Shown here piece by piece: positions 50,052 to 61,897 of a stretch of DNA of 64,000 nt. Positions within the stretch are counted from its first letter, which is position 1. The number at the start of each line of letters is the position of its first letter. The notes beneath the pieces were generated by a model. The model was not told the DNA's origin. It searched no databases and saw nothing but the letters and a program-made list of their open reading frames with translations. The stretch is from NCBI GenBank assembly GCA_046296495.1, contig JBKBLB010000002.1:106955-170954 (forward strand), written 5' to 3'. Made by a program: the position numbers and the translations under genes. The stretch is from Bacteroidia bacterium. GTDB lineage: Bacteria; Bacteroidota; Bacteroidia; UKL13-3.

Positions 50052-51449
50052 TTATTTGGGTTTTTGTTTAGAAGAAGATTCTTTTACAGGTGGCTTTAAA
50101 TCGTTTTCATTAAAAGTTTTTTCCCAACGCATGGCTCCATATTTATCATAGCATTGCATGGTTAGATTTCTGTTTTTTCTTGAACCGCTTATTGTAATTG
50201 TGCAAAAATTATTTTCAGCAACAAGTGTTCCTTGAACGCGCATAGGGTTATTAAATTCGGGCCATTGAGCAATATTTGCAGGTCCGGCACTAATTGGACT
50301 CGATGTTAGCTCCATTAAATCGTAACCCAGTTTTTGCTTTACAGAAACATCTTTTATCAATTCGGTATGATGTCTGTCTCCACTTAAAAAAATAACACCC
50401 GAAATTTTGTGTTCAATAATAAAATTTATGATGCGTTGACGCTCGTTTTTAAAATACACAAAACTTTCTTTATCGGTATTTTTGTTTAAAAATTGGCCTC
50501 CCACAACAATAAACTTAAATGTAGCTTTACTAAACAAAAGCGCATTAAACAACCAATCTAACTGCTTTTGACCCAATTGAGTTTTTCCGGGATTATATTT
50601 TTCGCTAATCTCGTTATTATCTCTAAAATATCGGTTATCAAGTAAAAAAAACTCAGCATCACTATACAAAAAATTAGAATAAATGCCTTCGATTCCATCG
50701 CCATAAAATTTATTTGGCCAATAATCTTTAAAAATTTGCAATGAAGCTTTTTTTAATCCATAAGATTTGTCTGAATCATTTGGGCCATAGTCATGGTCAT
50801 CCCAAATTGCATAATGATTGCGGCTTGCCAAAAATGTTTGTAAATTTTTATCGCTTCGTGTGTGAGCATAACGGTAATTTAATCCGCTAACACTACTGTA
50901 GTCTGCCTCACGTGTATATGTATTATCGCCTAACCAAATCATAAAATCGCTTGGTTTTTCATTCATTTTGTTAAGAATTTCTGTACCTTGTCCAAAAGGT
51001 TTGCCAGGTCTGTCGTATGCTGAATCGTTTACATAAAAACAACTGCCAATCATAAAAGTAAAGTCTGGGGGATCAGTTCGCCATTCCCATAGAGTTTTTG
51101 TTTTAAAGGTTAGTGGGTACGTAAACTTAACCGGTTTTCCATCAAGCGCAATTTCGTAGTTGTAAGTGGTTGCCATATTAAGGTTTGGAAGCACAAAAGT
51201 TAAGTTTGTCGCTATGCACCCTTCTGTTTGTTTGGCAACGGTTTGAGCCGATTTTTTTTCGTTTGAACCAACCGGCCAATATCTTAAAGATACAGTTTTT
51301 GCACATTGTGTTTGAACCCAAACCGATGCTTCGCGATGTTCGGTATAGCCAAGCATAGGACCTGCGGTTATAACAGCTTGTTGCGCATTTAAATTTATAA
51401 AAACAATAGAATTAAATAAAACTGCTAACGATATGATGAATTTATTCAT
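50052..51449 (-). CDS. PhoD-like alkaline phosphatase / metallophosphoesterase with a signal peptide.
   Basis: Signal peptide; calcineurin-like metal-binding motifs (GDNTY...WDDHDYG, GDRHH). Confidence 0.7.
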   Translation of the reverse strand: MNKFIISLAVLFNSIVFINLNAQQAVITAGPMLGYTEHREASVWVQTQCAKTVSLRYWPVGSNEKKSAQTVAKQTEGCIATNLTFVLPNLNMATTYNYEIALDGKPVKFTYPLTFKTKTLWEWRTDPPDFTFMIGSCFYVNDSAYDRPGKPFGQGTEILNKMNEKPSDFMIWLGDNTYTREADYSSVSGLNYRYAHTRSDKNLQTFLASRNHYAIWDDHDYGPNDSDKSYGLKKASLQIFKDYWPNKFYGDGIEGIYSNFLYSDAEFFLLDNRYFRDNNEISEKYNPGKTQLGQKQLDWLFNALLFSKATFKFIVVGGQFLNKNTDKESFVYFKNERQRIINFIIEHKISGVIFLSGDRHHTELIKDVSVKQKLGYDLMELTSSPISAGPANIAQWPEFNNPMRVQGTLVAENNFCTITISGSRKNRNLTMQCYDKYGAMRWEKTFNENDLKPPVKESSSKQKPK

Positions 51450-51522
51450 TATTGCAAAGTTGCATTTTGAAATCTAACATAACCAAAGGTTAATAAAAAT
51501 TTAATTGAAAGGAATTAACATT

Positions 51523-52314
51523 TTACAAAATCTCTAAATTAAAACCTGCAAAATGAAGCATTAAAATTATTGCACCAACAGTAATGCGATACCACCCAAA
51601 AACCTTAAAACCATTTTTGGTTAAAAAAGCTATAAAACCTTTAATGGCAAGCCATGCTACAATAAATGCTACAATATTTCCTATTGCTAAAACAGGCAAA
51701 TCATCGGCAGTAAATCCAAAATCATTTTGGTATTTATACATTTTATAAACTGTAGCGGCAAACATGGTTGGTACTGCAAGAAAAAAAGAAAATTCTGCCG
51801 CTGTTTTTCGGTTCAGCTTTTGGGTTAAACCGCCAATTATAGTTGCTGCGCTTCGCGATATACCCGGAATCATGGCAATTACCTGAAAAAAGCCAATTTT
51901 AAATGCTTTGGGGTAAGTAATTTCCGAATCTTCTATAAGTTCGTTTTTATGAAACCATTTATCAACAAATAATAAAACTACTCCCCCCAAAAATAAGCTT
52001 ATGGCAACAACAATTACATTTTCTAATAGCTGATCAATAAAATCGTTTAGCAGAAAACCTATGATTGCTGCAGGAACAAATGCAACAAAAAGTTTGTAAT
52101 AGAAATTCAAGGTTTGCAAAAAACGTTTCCAATAAATGGCAATAACCGAAAGAATAGCTCCGAACTGAATTGCCACTGTAAACATTTTTACAAAATCATT
52201 TGATTGTATGCCCATCATACTGCTGGCAATAATCATGTGTCCGGTGCTGCTTATGGGCAAATATTCCGTTATACCCTCAACAATGGCTAATACAACGGCT
52301 TCAAAATAATTCAT
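51523..52314 (-). CDS. uppP: Undecaprenyl-diphosphate phosphatase.
   Basis: [17 protein letters not shown] motif and [10 protein letters not shown]; 263 aa; membrane protein. Confidence 0.9.
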   Translation of the reverse strand: MNYFEAVVLAIVEGITEYLPISSTGHMIIASSMMGIQSNDFVKMFTVAIQFGAILSVIAIYWKRFLQTLNFYYKLFVAFVPAAIIGFLLNDFIDQLLENVIVVAISLFLGGVVLLFVDKWFHKNELIEDSEITYPKAFKIGFFQVIAMIPGISRSAATIIGGLTQKLNRKTAAEFSFFLAVPTMFAATVYKMYKYQNDFGFTADDLPVLAIGNIVAFIVAWLAIKGFIAFLTKNGFKVFGWYRITVGAIILMLHFAGFNLEIL

Positions 52315-52320
52315 AATAAA

Positions 52321-52587
52321 TTATTGAGCTTTGTTGGGCTTGTGCATAATGGCAAAAACTTCAATAACAAAACCAATTAACACAACAATTGGCGCAAGTG
52401 TTATTTTTCTAAAATCGTAAATATCTTCTTTACCATACATTAAAGCAAACCCCAAAACAATAACTGCAATTCCAACAAGCATTAACAAATAATTTTGCCT
52501 GCCAAATACAAATTCAAAATTCGATTGTTCTTGAGTTTGTTTTCCGGTTTTAATAGATGTTTTTTTATTACTCATAAATTGCTGCAA
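52321..52587 (-). CDS. DUF3098-family small membrane protein.
   Basis: FVFGRQNYLLMLVGIAVIVLGFALM motif. The position between ftsX and uppP is conserved in Bacteroidota. Confidence 0.6.
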   Translation of the reverse strand: MQQFMSNKKTSIKTGKQTQEQSNFEFVFGRQNYLLMLVGIAVIVLGFALMYGKEDIYDFRKITLAPIVVLIGFVIEVFAIMHKPNKAQ

Positions 52588-52599
52588 TATGCTAAATTT

Positions 52600-53472
52600 T
52601 TAATACAAATCTTCAATTCGGGTATTCAAATATTTTAATGTACAATACCAACTGCTTAAAATACTTATAGTTAAACCAACCAATAGCAAACCGGCAAACA
52701 AACCTATAAATTCATCAACAACATAATAGTAGTTTATATCGCCAATAAAATCAGGTGCTTTGTTTAGCAATGTAATTAATAAAACAATTGCAATAATACT
52801 GCCTAAAAAACCATTTAATATACTTTTATAGATAAAAGGTTTTATAATAAACCAATTAGTTGCACCAACCAATTGCATACTTTTTATGGTAAAACGTTTG
52901 GCAAATAAATTAAGCCTGATGGTATTATTTATAAGCACAATAGAAATAATTGTAAAAACTAACGCTAAAAACAACAATACCATGCTTATATTTTTTAAAT
53001 TTGAATTTAATTGATCATAAATATTCTTTTGATAACTAACATCGGTAACACCCTGAAGTTGTTTAAAAATATTTTCAAGTTCTAATAGTTTACTTTGGTT
53101 AGTATAATCTGCTTTTAAAGTTACTTGAATGCTTGGCATTAGCGGATTATAACCTAAAAAACTCACAAAGTCTTGACCCAATTCAAGTGCAAACTCTTGT
53201 GCTGCTTGTTCTTTACTAATATAAACTATACTTTTTGCAACATTCAATGCATTAATTTTATTAGTAAGTTCGTCAACCTGTTGTTTCGATATATTATCAG
53301 TTAAAAACAAATGCATGGCCATGTTTTCTTTTATGTTTTTTATGATGTTTTTGCTTTGCAATAAAATTATTCCAAGCAATCCCAACATAAACAATACCAG
53401 CGAAATACTAACAATTACCGATACATAAGTAAACCTTTTTCTTTTTAGCGGCTTTGCAGAATTTTCAGTCAT
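52600..53472 (-). CDS. ftsX: Cell-division permease-like protein FtsX.
   Basis: N-terminal TM helix, a periplasmic domain and three C-terminal TM helices with the FtsX-domain pattern. Confidence 0.8.
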   Translation of the reverse strand: MTENSAKPLKRKRFTYVSVIVSISLVLFMLGLLGIILLQSKNIIKNIKENMAMHLFLTDNISKQQVDELTNKINALNVAKSIVYISKEQAAQEFALELGQDFVSFLGYNPLMPSIQVTLKADYTNQSKLLELENIFKQLQGVTDVSYQKNIYDQLNSNLKNISMVLLFLALVFTIISIVLINNTIRLNLFAKRFTIKSMQLVGATNWFIIKPFIYKSILNGFLGSIIAIVLLITLLNKAPDFIGDINYYYVVDEFIGLFAGLLLVGLTISILSSWYCTLKYLNTRIEDLY

Positions 53473-53606
53473 TAATGTAAATTATTTTATGCAATTATAG
53501 CATATACATTTTTGTTTTGAACCTTAAAATAATCAACGGTTTTTTGAAAAGCATTGTAAGCAATCTATTTTCGTGCACTCAATATTGCTTTGAAATAAAA
53601 AACGAA

Positions 53607-56429
53607 ATGACTAAAGAATATAACCATAACCAAATAGAAACTAAATGGCAGGATTACTGGAGAATAAATAAAATTTATGAAGTTACAGAAGATAAAAATT
53701 TACCAAAATGTTATGTTCTTGATATGTTTCCATATCCCAGTGGTGCCGGATTGCACGTTGGCCATCCACTTGGTTATATTGCTACTGATATTTACAGCAG
53801 GTATAAACGCCTTGAAGGTTTTAATGTACTTCACCCAATGGGATACGATTCTTTTGGGTTACCTGCCGAGCAATATGCCATACAAACGGGGCAACACCCG
53901 GCTGTAACTACCGAACAAAACATAAAACGCTACCGTGAGCAAATGGATAAAATGGGCTTTTGTTTCGATTGGTCGCGCGAGGTACGAACTTCTGATCCAA
54001 GCTATTATAAATGGACACAATGGATTTTTATACAACTTTTTAATGCTTGGTTCAACCCGCAAACAAATAAAGCCGAACATATACAAACCCTCATAAATAA
54101 ATTTGAAACAAGTGGATTTGCAGGATTTGATGATGCAATATTACATGGAGGCATGGAAATGGAATTCAAGCCTTTTTCAGCCGAAGAATGGAACAGTTTT
54201 AGCTTTGAACAAAAACAAAATATATTGCTTGGGTTTAGACTTGCCTATTTAAGCAATGCCTATGTTAATTGGTGCCCGGCCCTTGGAACTGTTTTAAGCA
54301 ACGATGAAGTAAAAGATGGCGTAAGCGAGCGAGGCGGTTTTCCGGTTGAACGCAAATTAATGAAGCAATGGAGTTTGCGTATTACAGCTTATGCCGAAAG
54401 ATTGTTAAACGACCTTGATGGCATTGATTGGAATGATAGTATAAAAGAAGCACAACGAAACTGGATTGGCAAAAGTACAGGAAGCAGTGTTTTTTTTAAG
54501 GTTCAAGACAGAAATTTTAACATTGAAGTATTTACAACCCGCCCTGATACCATTTTTGGTGTTACATTTATTTGCATAGCCCCCGAACACGAAATGCTTG
54601 ATGCCATTGTTGAAGCAGATTATGTAGAAGATGTTGCAGAATATATTGACGAAGCCAAAAACCGATCTGAACGAGAAAGAATGGCCGATGTAAAAAATGT
54701 TTCAGGAGTTTTTACCGGTGCTTATGCCATACACCCTTTTACAAAACTTGAAATTCCAATTTGGGTTGCCGATTATGTGCTTGCAGGGTATGGTACAGGC
54801 GCAGTTATGGGAGTTCCTGCTCATGATAGCCGCGATTTTGCTTTTGCAAAACATTTTGGTTTACCTGTAAACGAAGTAGTAAAATCCGAAACTGAAAACG
54901 ATTACAGCAAACAAAGTTATGATGCCAAGGAGGGTACGCTCATAAATTCTTCTTTTTTAGATGGATTGCAAGTAAAGAATGCCATAAACAAAGCCATTGA
55001 AGAAATTGAAAAACATAATATAGGAAAACGTAAAACAAACTATCGTTTGCGCGATGCCATTTTTGGCCGCCAACGATACTGGGGTGAACCCATTCCTGTA
55101 TATTATAAAAATGGTATACCATACACTATACCTGAAGATAAACTTCCTCTTGAGTTGCCAAGCATAGATAAATTTTTACCTACCGAAGACGGGGAGCCGC
55201 CATTGGCCAGAGCCGAAAAATGGAAATGGAATGAAAAAAAAGGCTGCGTTGACAGTGAAGGATATCCGATAGAAACAACCACCATGCCGGGTTGGGCAGG
55301 CAGTAGTTGGTATTTTTTAAGGTACATGGACCCCAAAAATAAAACTGAATTTGTTGGAAAAAATGCAGTAAATTATTGGCAGCAGGTTGATTTGTATATT
55401 GGAGGAAACGAACATGCCACAGGGCATTTGCTTTATGTGCGTTTTTGGACAAAAGTTTTGTTTGATTTAGGTTTTATTCCACAAAATGAGCCGGCAAAAA
55501 AATTAATCAATCAAGGTATGATTCAAGGCCGAAGTAATTTTGTTTACAGGGTTAAAAATTTGCCAAACACATTTGTAAGTGCAGGATTAAAAAATCAATA
55601 TGATGTTACTGCTTTAAATATTGACATTAACTTATGCAACAACGATGTTTTGGATATTGAACAATTTAAAAATTGGCGAGAAGATTTTGCAACAGCCGAA
55701 TTTATACTTGAAAACGGCAAATACATTTGTGGCTGGGAAATAGAAAAAATGTCGAAAAGCAAATGGAATGTAGTAACCCCCGATGATATAATTGCACAAT
55801 ATGGATCCGATACTTTAAGAATGTACGAAATGTTTCTTGGTCCGCTAGAACAAAGCAAACCATGGAACACGCAAGGTATTGAAGGCGTGTATCGTTTTTT
55901 ACGCAAACTATGGCGTTTATTTTTTGATAACGAAGGTAATCTGATAATAAAAGACGAAAAGCCCAATGACGCTGAATTGAAAATATTGCACAAAACAATT
56001 AAAAAAATTAAAGAAGATTTGGAAAAATTTAGCTTTAACACATCTGTTAGTGCTTTTATGGTTTGTGTAAACGAATTAACAGATTTAAAATGCAACAATA
56101 AGCAAATATTAAGCGATTTATTGATTCTTATTTCGCCTTATGCACCCCATATTGCCGAAGAATTATGGCATGCTATAGGCAATACTGAAAGTATTGTAAA
56201 TGCCAAATTGCCGCAGTTTAATGCCAACTACTTAGTTGAAAATAGTTTTAATTATCCAATTTCAATTAATGGTAAAGTTAGAACCAATATCAATTATTCA
56301 TTAGATGCAACTCAGCAAGAAATTGAAGCAAACGTTTTGGCTGACCCTAATGTTCAAAAATGGCTTGAAGGAAATCAACCCAAGAAAATAATATTTGTTA
56401 AAGGTAAAATAATAAATGTGGTGGTTTAA
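53607..56429 (+). CDS. leuS: Leucyl-tRNA synthetase.
   Basis: HVGHPLGY (HIGH) motif and KMSKS; about 940 aa. The start is set at [18 protein letters not shown] rather than the upstream in-frame TTG. Confidence 0.95.
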   Translation: MTKEYNHNQIETKWQDYWRINKIYEVTEDKNLPKCYVLDMFPYPSGAGLHVGHPLGYIATDIYSRYKRLEGFNVLHPMGYDSFGLPAEQYAIQTGQHPAVTTEQNIKRYREQMDKMGFCFDWSREVRTSDPSYYKWTQWIFIQLFNAWFNPQTNKAEHIQTLINKFETSGFAGFDDAILHGGMEMEFKPFSAEEWNSFSFEQKQNILLGFRLAYLSNAYVNWCPALGTVLSNDEVKDGVSERGGFPVERKLMKQWSLRITAYAERLLNDLDGIDWNDSIKEAQRNWIGKSTGSSVFFKVQDRNFNIEVFTTRPDTIFGVTFICIAPEHEMLDAIVEADYVEDVAEYIDEAKNRSERERMADVKNVSGVFTGAYAIHPFTKLEIPIWVADYVLAGYGTGAVMGVPAHDSRDFAFAKHFGLPVNEVVKSETENDYSKQSYDAKEGTLINSSFLDGLQVKNAINKAIEEIEKHNIGKRKTNYRLRDAIFGRQRYWGEPIPVYYKNGIPYTIPEDKLPLELPSIDKFLPTEDGEPPLARAEKWKWNEKKGCVDSEGYPIETTTMPGWAGSSWYFLRYMDPKNKTEFVGKNAVNYWQQVDLYIGGNEHATGHLLYVRFWTKVLFDLGFIPQNEPAKKLINQGMIQGRSNFVYRVKNLPNTFVSAGLKNQYDVTALNIDINLCNNDVLDIEQFKNWREDFATAEFILENGKYICGWEIEKMSKSKWNVVTPDDIIAQYGSDTLRMYEMFLGPLEQSKPWNTQGIEGVYRFLRKLWRLFFDNEGNLIIKDEKPNDAELKILHKTIKKIKEDLEKFSFNTSVSAFMVCVNELTDLKCNNKQILSDLLILISPYAPHIAEELWHAIGNTESIVNAKLPQFNANYLVENSFNYPISINGKVRTNINYSLDATQQEIEANVLADPNVQKWLEGNQPKKIIFVKGKIINVVV

Positions 56430-56434
56430 TTAAT

Positions 56435-56902
56435 TTATTTAACCGGAGTTTGTTGCACTTTACGTTTTGCAAATTTGCCAATAATTACATAACAAACTGC
56501 AGCTATGGGTAATGTTGAAATTGCCCAACCACAAATAGCCAATAACTCCATATTAACAATAGCTTCAAAGCTTTTCGAAAAATCTGCTTTGAATATGTTT
56601 TGCAAAACAACTAATTCGGTTTGATTACTGCTTGAACCAAATATAAATAAACCTATTTGATAAAAAGGCACTATAAGCAATAATTGAATTGGAGCCAAAA
56701 GCCAATTGGTTAACTGAAGCAATACAATATTTAATTTTAAAGCAATGCCAATTATTAAACATAAGATTGAAGTGAGGCCTATTACCGGGAAAAGCCCTGC
56801 AACTATTCCAAGCGAAATTGTAATGGCTAATTTTGTTGGAGTGAATCCCGAAATAAAAAACGATTTAAATTGAGATAATTTGTTGAGGTATTTTTGTTTC
56901 AT
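56435..56902 (-). CDS. DUF2062-family membrane protein.
   Basis: GFTPTKLAITISLGIVAGLFPVIGLTSILCLIIGIALKLN pattern. Confidence 0.5.
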   Translation of the reverse strand: MKQKYLNKLSQFKSFFISGFTPTKLAITISLGIVAGLFPVIGLTSILCLIIGIALKLNIVLLQLTNWLLAPIQLLLIVPFYQIGLFIFGSSSNQTELVVLQNIFKADFSKSFEAIVNMELLAICGWAISTLPIAAVCYVIIGKFAKRKVQQTPVK

Positions 56903-57082
56903 TTAAGCATCGCAAAACTATTTAAGCTTTTTTAATTTAATATTAACAAACTTAAATAACTTGTTGAAACCATAATTAAATGTAGCCAAAACAAGCCACT
57001 TTGTAATTGAAATTATTTTTAAAACATAGAAGCGAAAGAATTAAAATTGTTTTAAATTTAAATATTTGCACAAAAACAGTAA

Positions 57083-57508
57083 ATGATAAAATTATTTAAA
57101 ACAACTGTTTGTGTTTTGGTTATTTGCTTAAACACAAATTGCAATAACAAAAGTGAGATAACAACCCAGCCCCAAAATCTTATTGATAAAGAGACAATGG
57201 CAAAAATTGTTGCCGATATTCATGTAGCTGATGCCGGAGTTACAAGACAATTTTTAACACCTGACAGTAGCGAAAAGTTAGCAAAAACATATTATGCAAT
57301 TATTGCTAAAAGCTACAATATTGATTTTAATACCATAAACAATAGTTTTGAATATTACTTGAGTGAGCCGGCATTAATGGATAGTATTTATACCAAAGCT
57401 ATCGAAATATTAAATACACATGAAGCTACAGAACGTGGAAGATTTCTAAAAAATCAACAAATTACAGATACTTCAAACATAACCAAGCCTATTCAGGTTA
57501 ATCCTTAA
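57083..57508 (+). CDS. Hypothetical lipoprotein (DUF4296-like).
   Basis: Lipobox NTNC and the motif MAKIVADIHVADAG. Confidence 0.4.
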   Translation: MIKLFKTTVCVLVICLNTNCNNKSEITTQPQNLIDKETMAKIVADIHVADAGVTRQFLTPDSSEKLAKTYYAIIAKSYNIDFNTINNSFEYYLSEPALMDSIYTKAIEILNTHEATERGRFLKNQQITDTSNITKPIQVNP

Positions 57509-57511
57509 CGT

Positions 57512-59896
57512 ATGCCCTACCCTAATAACCTCGAACAAAAATTAGAATTTACACATATTAAAGAATTGCTTGTGCAACATTGTTTGTCGCCATTAGGCCA
57601 GCAGTATGTCAATAAAATACGTTTTGCCGGCAAGTTCGATATGGTTGAGAAAATGTTGGCTCAAACCAATGAATTTAAACAAATACTAACTGCTGATACT
57701 TCTTTTCCGGCTGATAATTACCATGATATTGGAAATGCATTACACAAAGCCAAAATTGATGGCATTTGGCTGCTTGAAGAAGAGTTGCATAAGGTAAGAC
57801 AAGTGCTTCAAACATTCCTGCAAATTGCTCGCTATTTTAAAGAAAGACAAGAAAAATATCTTAACCTGCAAAACCTGCTCGAAGGGTTGGTTTATAACGA
57901 TTTGGTAATTCGCAGAATTGATAGAATTTTAGATAGTGAAGGTCATTTAAAACCAAATGCCTCTCCTGAACTTGCCAAAATTTCGGCCAAAATTCATGAA
58001 AAAGAAGCTGAAATACGCAAACGCATAAACCGCATTTTCGAAAAAACCCAAAATTTAGGTTATTTAACTGATAATATTGGCATTACCATAAGAGAAGGGC
58101 GTTTGGTTTTACCTGTTTTGGCTGAACACAAAAGGCATGTGCCAGGTTTTATGCACGATGAAAGTCAAACAGGACAAACTGTTTTTATTGAACCCGCAGA
58201 GTGTTTTGATTTAAATAATATTTTACGCGAACTGCAAATAGCATACAGGCGCGAAAGAGAGCGTATTTTGTTAGAAGTTACAGATACCATTAGGCCAGAG
58301 ATACCAACCATTGAAAGTAATATACAAAGGCTTGGCTTATTTGATTTTATAAGAGCCAAAGCTTTGCTTGCCATAAAAATGCAAGCCAATATGCCCGCAA
58401 TTTCAAAACATCCGCATATTGAACTTTTTAAAGCTTATCATCCATTACTAAAACTTAACCACGATAAACAAAAAGCAGAAACAGTTCCTTTAAACATAAA
58501 TATTAATAGAGATAACCATATTGTTGTAATAAGCGGGCCAAATGCTGGTGGTAAATCTGTTTGTTTAAAAACCATAGGCTTGTTGCAATATATGTTGCAA
58601 TGTGGTTTGCTTATTCCGGCCGATTCTAATAGCACAGTTGGTGTTTTTAAAGATATAATGGTTGATATTGGCGATGAACAAAGCATTGAAAGTGATTTGA
58701 GTACTTACAGTTCTCATTTAATGCACATGAAACATTTTACCGAGTTTGCTACCGGCAGTACTTTGTTTTTAATTGATGAATTTGGTACAGGAACCGACCC
58801 ACAGTTTGGCGGTCCGCTTGCAGAAGCTATTTTAAACAAATTGGTTCAAAAAAAAGCATTTGGAGTTGTAACCACACATTTTAGCAATCTTAAAAATTAC
58901 GCTGCCAATACCAAAGGTCTTATAAATGCCTGTATGTTGTTTGATAACGATAAAATGCAGCCTTTGTATGTGCTTGAACTTGGCAAACCAGGCAGCAGCT
59001 ATGCTTTTGAACTTGCTCAAAAATCAGGATTGAGCATAGATATTTTAAACTACGCCAAAGCCAGAGTTGGAGGTAAACAAAAAAAGGTTGATGAATTACT
59101 GATAGAACTTGAAAAAGAAAAAAAACATTTTGACGAAATAAAAAAACGATACGAAGAAAAAGAAGCACGTGCCAATGTTTTGATGCAGCAATATGAAAAA
59201 CTTAAAAATGAGATTGAGGAAAACAAAAAGCAACTTATAAAAAAAGCTAAAACAGAAGCGCTTGCTATTGTTAGCGAAGCCAACAGCAAGGTTGAAGCCG
59301 TAATTCGCGAAATAAAAGAAAAAAAAGCTGATGTAGAAAGCTCAAAACAAGCACGAAATTTTATTAAATCTCAAATAGAGCAATTAAAACCCGATGTAAT
59401 TGAAATTGCTGATGTACCCCATAAAAAAGCAATTGCCGAACCTTTAAAAACAGGAAGTTTTGTTAAAGTTTCAGGCCAAGATGGTGTTGGAGAAATTGTT
59501 GAAATTGCAAAAAACAAAGCTGTTGTTGCTTTTGGTAATTTGCGAACAACCATAGAAATTAAAAGGCTTGAGACTGTTGAAAAACCTGCAGAAAAACCAA
59601 CCATAAAATCGGCACCTAAAGGTATTGATTTAAATGACAAGTTGAAAAACTTTAGCACCGAACTTAACTTAATAGGAACCAGAGGCGATGATGCTGTAAA
59701 AATTCTGGATGACTATTTGGATGATGCACACTTGTTGGGCATTAAGGAATTAAGAATTGTGCATGGAAAAGGCTTTGGTATATTAAGAAACCTAATCAGA
59801 GAAAAATTAAAAAAATCGAGTTTTGTTGAAAGATTTGCCGATGAACACGTTGAGTTTGGTGGAGATGGTGTTACAATTGTGCAATTAAAATACTAA
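57512..59896 (+). CDS. mutS2: Endonuclease MutS2.
   Basis: MutS ATPase Walker A GPNAGGKS and a C-terminal Smr domain (LIGTRGDDAV...LRIVHGKG); 794 aa. Confidence 0.95.
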   Translation: MPYPNNLEQKLEFTHIKELLVQHCLSPLGQQYVNKIRFAGKFDMVEKMLAQTNEFKQILTADTSFPADNYHDIGNALHKAKIDGIWLLEEELHKVRQVLQTFLQIARYFKERQEKYLNLQNLLEGLVYNDLVIRRIDRILDSEGHLKPNASPELAKISAKIHEKEAEIRKRINRIFEKTQNLGYLTDNIGITIREGRLVLPVLAEHKRHVPGFMHDESQTGQTVFIEPAECFDLNNILRELQIAYRRERERILLEVTDTIRPEIPTIESNIQRLGLFDFIRAKALLAIKMQANMPAISKHPHIELFKAYHPLLKLNHDKQKAETVPLNININRDNHIVVISGPNAGGKSVCLKTIGLLQYMLQCGLLIPADSNSTVGVFKDIMVDIGDEQSIESDLSTYSSHLMHMKHFTEFATGSTLFLIDEFGTGTDPQFGGPLAEAILNKLVQKKAFGVVTTHFSNLKNYAANTKGLINACMLFDNDKMQPLYVLELGKPGSSYAFELAQKSGLSIDILNYAKARVGGKQKKVDELLIELEKEKKHFDEIKKRYEEKEARANVLMQQYEKLKNEIEENKKQLIKKAKTEALAIVSEANSKVEAVIREIKEKKADVESSKQARNFIKSQIEQLKPDVIEIADVPHKKAIAEPLKTGSFVKVSGQDGVGEIVEIAKNKAVVAFGNLRTTIEIKRLETVEKPAEKPTIKSAPKGIDLNDKLKNFSTELNLIGTRGDDAVKILDDYLDDAHLLGIKELRIVHGKGFGILRNLIREKLKKSSFVERFADEHVEFGGDGVTIVQLKY

Positions 59897-60002
59897 ATAA
59901 TCTTGAAAGATGGGCTATAAATTTAGAATATACTTGATTAAATTAGTATTTAACAGATAAGCGCAATTTGATGTTTTTAATATTGAATGTATGATAAAAA
60001 AA

Positions 60003-60030
60003 GGGGCAGCCTTTCGGCCACCCTGTATTT
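60003..60030. terminator. GC hairpin flanked by A- and T-runs, a bidirectional terminator between mutS2 and tRNA-Cys.
   Basis: aaGGGgcaGCCtttcGGCcaCCCtgtatttttt. Confidence 0.45.
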
Positions 60031-60034
60031 TTTG

Positions 60035-60105
60035 AGGTACCGAGCAGATTCGAACTGCTGTAGAAGCTTTTGCAGAGCCTTGCCTAGCCTCTCGGCCACG
60101 GTACC
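60035..60105 (-). tRNA. tRNA-Cys (anticodon GCA).
   Basis: Minus-strand sequence GGTACCGTGGCCGAGAGGCTAGGCAAGGCTCTGCAAAAGCTTCTACAGCAGTTCGAATCTGCTCGGTACCT has anticodon loop CTGCAAA and a U73 discriminator, as expected for Cys. CCA is not encoded. Confidence 0.85.
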
Positions 60106-60275
60106 AATGTTGCAAATATAGTTTATTTAGTTTAAATCAAAAATTTGAGTTTTATTAAAACCAAAATATACTTTCATTCAAACAAATAAATTTTTTTGGG
60201 GGTTCAAAAAAATCTCAAAAAATTAACATAAATAATATGTTGTTGATTACGTAAAATTGCCAAAATTTTTAAAAG

Positions 60276-61685
60276 TTGAACATAAAAGGCATAAAAAATC
60301 GTTACACCGATTTAATTCATCAAACATTTTTCTTTCCTCGCCATGGTTTTGAAGTTGTAAATAATCAATTGCATTTTCATGGCATTGATTTGGTTGAATT
60401 GATAAAAAAATATGGCACACCGCTTAAATTTACCTATTTGCCCAAAATTACTTCGCAAATTGAAAAAGCCAACGATTTGTTTAACAAAGCAATAGAAAAA
60501 TATAATTATCCCGGAACATACAAATATTGTTACTGCACCAAAAGTTCGCATTTTAGTTTTGTTATAAAACAGGCTTTAAAAGCTGGAGTTGATTTAGAAA
60601 CATCAAGCGCTTTTGATTTAGACTTAATTGAAAGTTTGCACAATAAAGGTTTTTATAACAAACAGCAATTTATTATATGCAACGGCTACAAAACCCCCGA
60701 ATATGCCATAAACATGGCTAAATTAATTGAAAAAGGTTTTGATAACCTTATTTGTGTGTTGGATAACCCCGATGAAATTAATTTGCTAAAGCAGCATTTT
60801 ACCAAACCTTCAAAAGTTGGTATTAGAATAGCAACCGAAGAAGAACCCAATTTTCCGGTATATACATCAAGATTGGGAATGAGTTATAAAAAAGTAGTAG
60901 ATTTTTATAATAACGAACTTAAAAAAAACCAAGCATTTCAACTTAAAATGCTGCATTTTTTTGTAAATTCAGGCATTAGAGATACAAGTTATTACTGGAG
61001 CGAGCTTACCAGGCTGGTAAATGTATATTGCGACATTAAAGAAATTTGCCCTTCCCTCGATTCTTTGGATATTGGAGGGGGAATGCCAATTTACACCAGC
61101 TTAGGCGTTGAATATGATTATGAATACATGATTGACCAAATTGTGTATTACATAAAAACCATTTGCGAGGAAAGAGGCGTAGATGCTCCGAATATTTTTA
61201 CCGAGTTTGGCTCATACACAGTGGGAGAAAGTGGTGGAATTTTGTATAGTATTATTGGCACCAAAGAACAAAACGACAAAGAACTTTGGTACATGATTGA
61301 TAGCAGTTTTATTACCACCCTACCCGATACATGGGGAATTGGCCAAAAATTTATAATGCTGGCTGTAAATCATTGGGATAAGCCATTTCAGCGAATAAAC
61401 CTTGGCGGCATAACCTGCGATAGTCAGGATATTTACAATAGCGATATTAATATCAATCAGGTATTTTTACCAAAAGTTGAACCAACCGATTCTCCGCTTT
61501 ATATGGGATTTTTCCATACAGGTGCCTATCAGGAGAGCCTTGGAGGTTATGGTGGCATACAACATTGCTTAATTCCGGCTCCAAAGCATATTATTATTGA
61601 CCGCGATGAAAACGGCCATTTAACCTATGAAGTTTTTGCTAAACAGCAACAATCAGCCGAAATGTTGAATATTTTAGGATATTGA
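60276..61685 (+). CDS. speA: PLP-dependent arginine decarboxylase (Orn/DAP/Arg decarboxylase fold III, SpeA-like short form).
   Basis: N-terminal TIM-barrel PLP region (KFTYLPKITSQIEKAN...YCTKSS) and a C-terminal beta-sandwich with a GGG motif. The start is uncertain (TTG). Confidence 0.6.
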   Translation: MNIKGIKNRYTDLIHQTFFFPRHGFEVVNNQLHFHGIDLVELIKKYGTPLKFTYLPKITSQIEKANDLFNKAIEKYNYPGTYKYCYCTKSSHFSFVIKQALKAGVDLETSSAFDLDLIESLHNKGFYNKQQFIICNGYKTPEYAINMAKLIEKGFDNLICVLDNPDEINLLKQHFTKPSKVGIRIATEEEPNFPVYTSRLGMSYKKVVDFYNNELKKNQAFQLKMLHFFVNSGIRDTSYYWSELTRLVNVYCDIKEICPSLDSLDIGGGMPIYTSLGVEYDYEYMIDQIVYYIKTICEERGVDAPNIFTEFGSYTVGESGGILYSIIGTKEQNDKELWYMIDSSFITTLPDTWGIGQKFIMLAVNHWDKPFQRINLGGITCDSQDIYNSDININQVFLPKVEPTDSPLYMGFFHTGAYQESLGGYGGIQHCLIPAPKHIIIDRDENGHLTYEVFAKQQQSAEMLNILGY

Positions 61686-61686
61686 T

Positions 61687-61718
61687 ATTGTATTAACAAC
61701 AAATTAACTTACTTTTGC
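61687..61718 (+). promoter_or_regulatory. Bacteroidota-type promoter (TTG-N19-TActTTTG) upstream of the small ORF.
   Basis: The 12-mer CTTACTTTTGCA at 61708-19 is identical to the 12-mer at 24117-28 in the tRNA-Lys promoter. Confidence 0.45.
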
Positions 61719-61734
61719 AAAAAAATATAATAAC

Positions 61735-61872
61735 ATGGCTACTACCAGACTAAAAAGAAAAGACCGCAGAAATAAAGTTACCTCGGTATTACGCAAAAAC
61801 AGAATTAAGAAAAACACAGAATTGGTTAAAATACAATCGCCTAACAAAGAGCGTGTTGCTATAGTTGACTAA
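61735..61872 (+). CDS. Small basic protein of 45 aa (MATTRLKRKDRRNKVTSVLRKNRIKKNTELVKIQSPNKERVAIVD), not present in the supplied ORF track.
   Basis: ATG-initiated ORF with its own promoter-like motif and an immediate downstream terminator. It is lysine- and arginine-rich, like ribosome-associated or nucleic-acid-binding miniproteins. Confidence 0.5.
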   Translation: MATTRLKRKDRRNKVTSVLRKNRIKKNTELVKIQSPNKERVAIVD

Positions 61873-61897
61873 TTGGAACTAATGAAGTTAATAAACA

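Noticed and set aside
60001-60105. A GC-rich island in an AT-rich intergenic region, initially considered as a repeat or mobile-element end.
   Set aside because: It resolves cleanly into a minus-strand tRNA-Cys(GCA) cloverleaf plus a flanking terminator-like hairpin.
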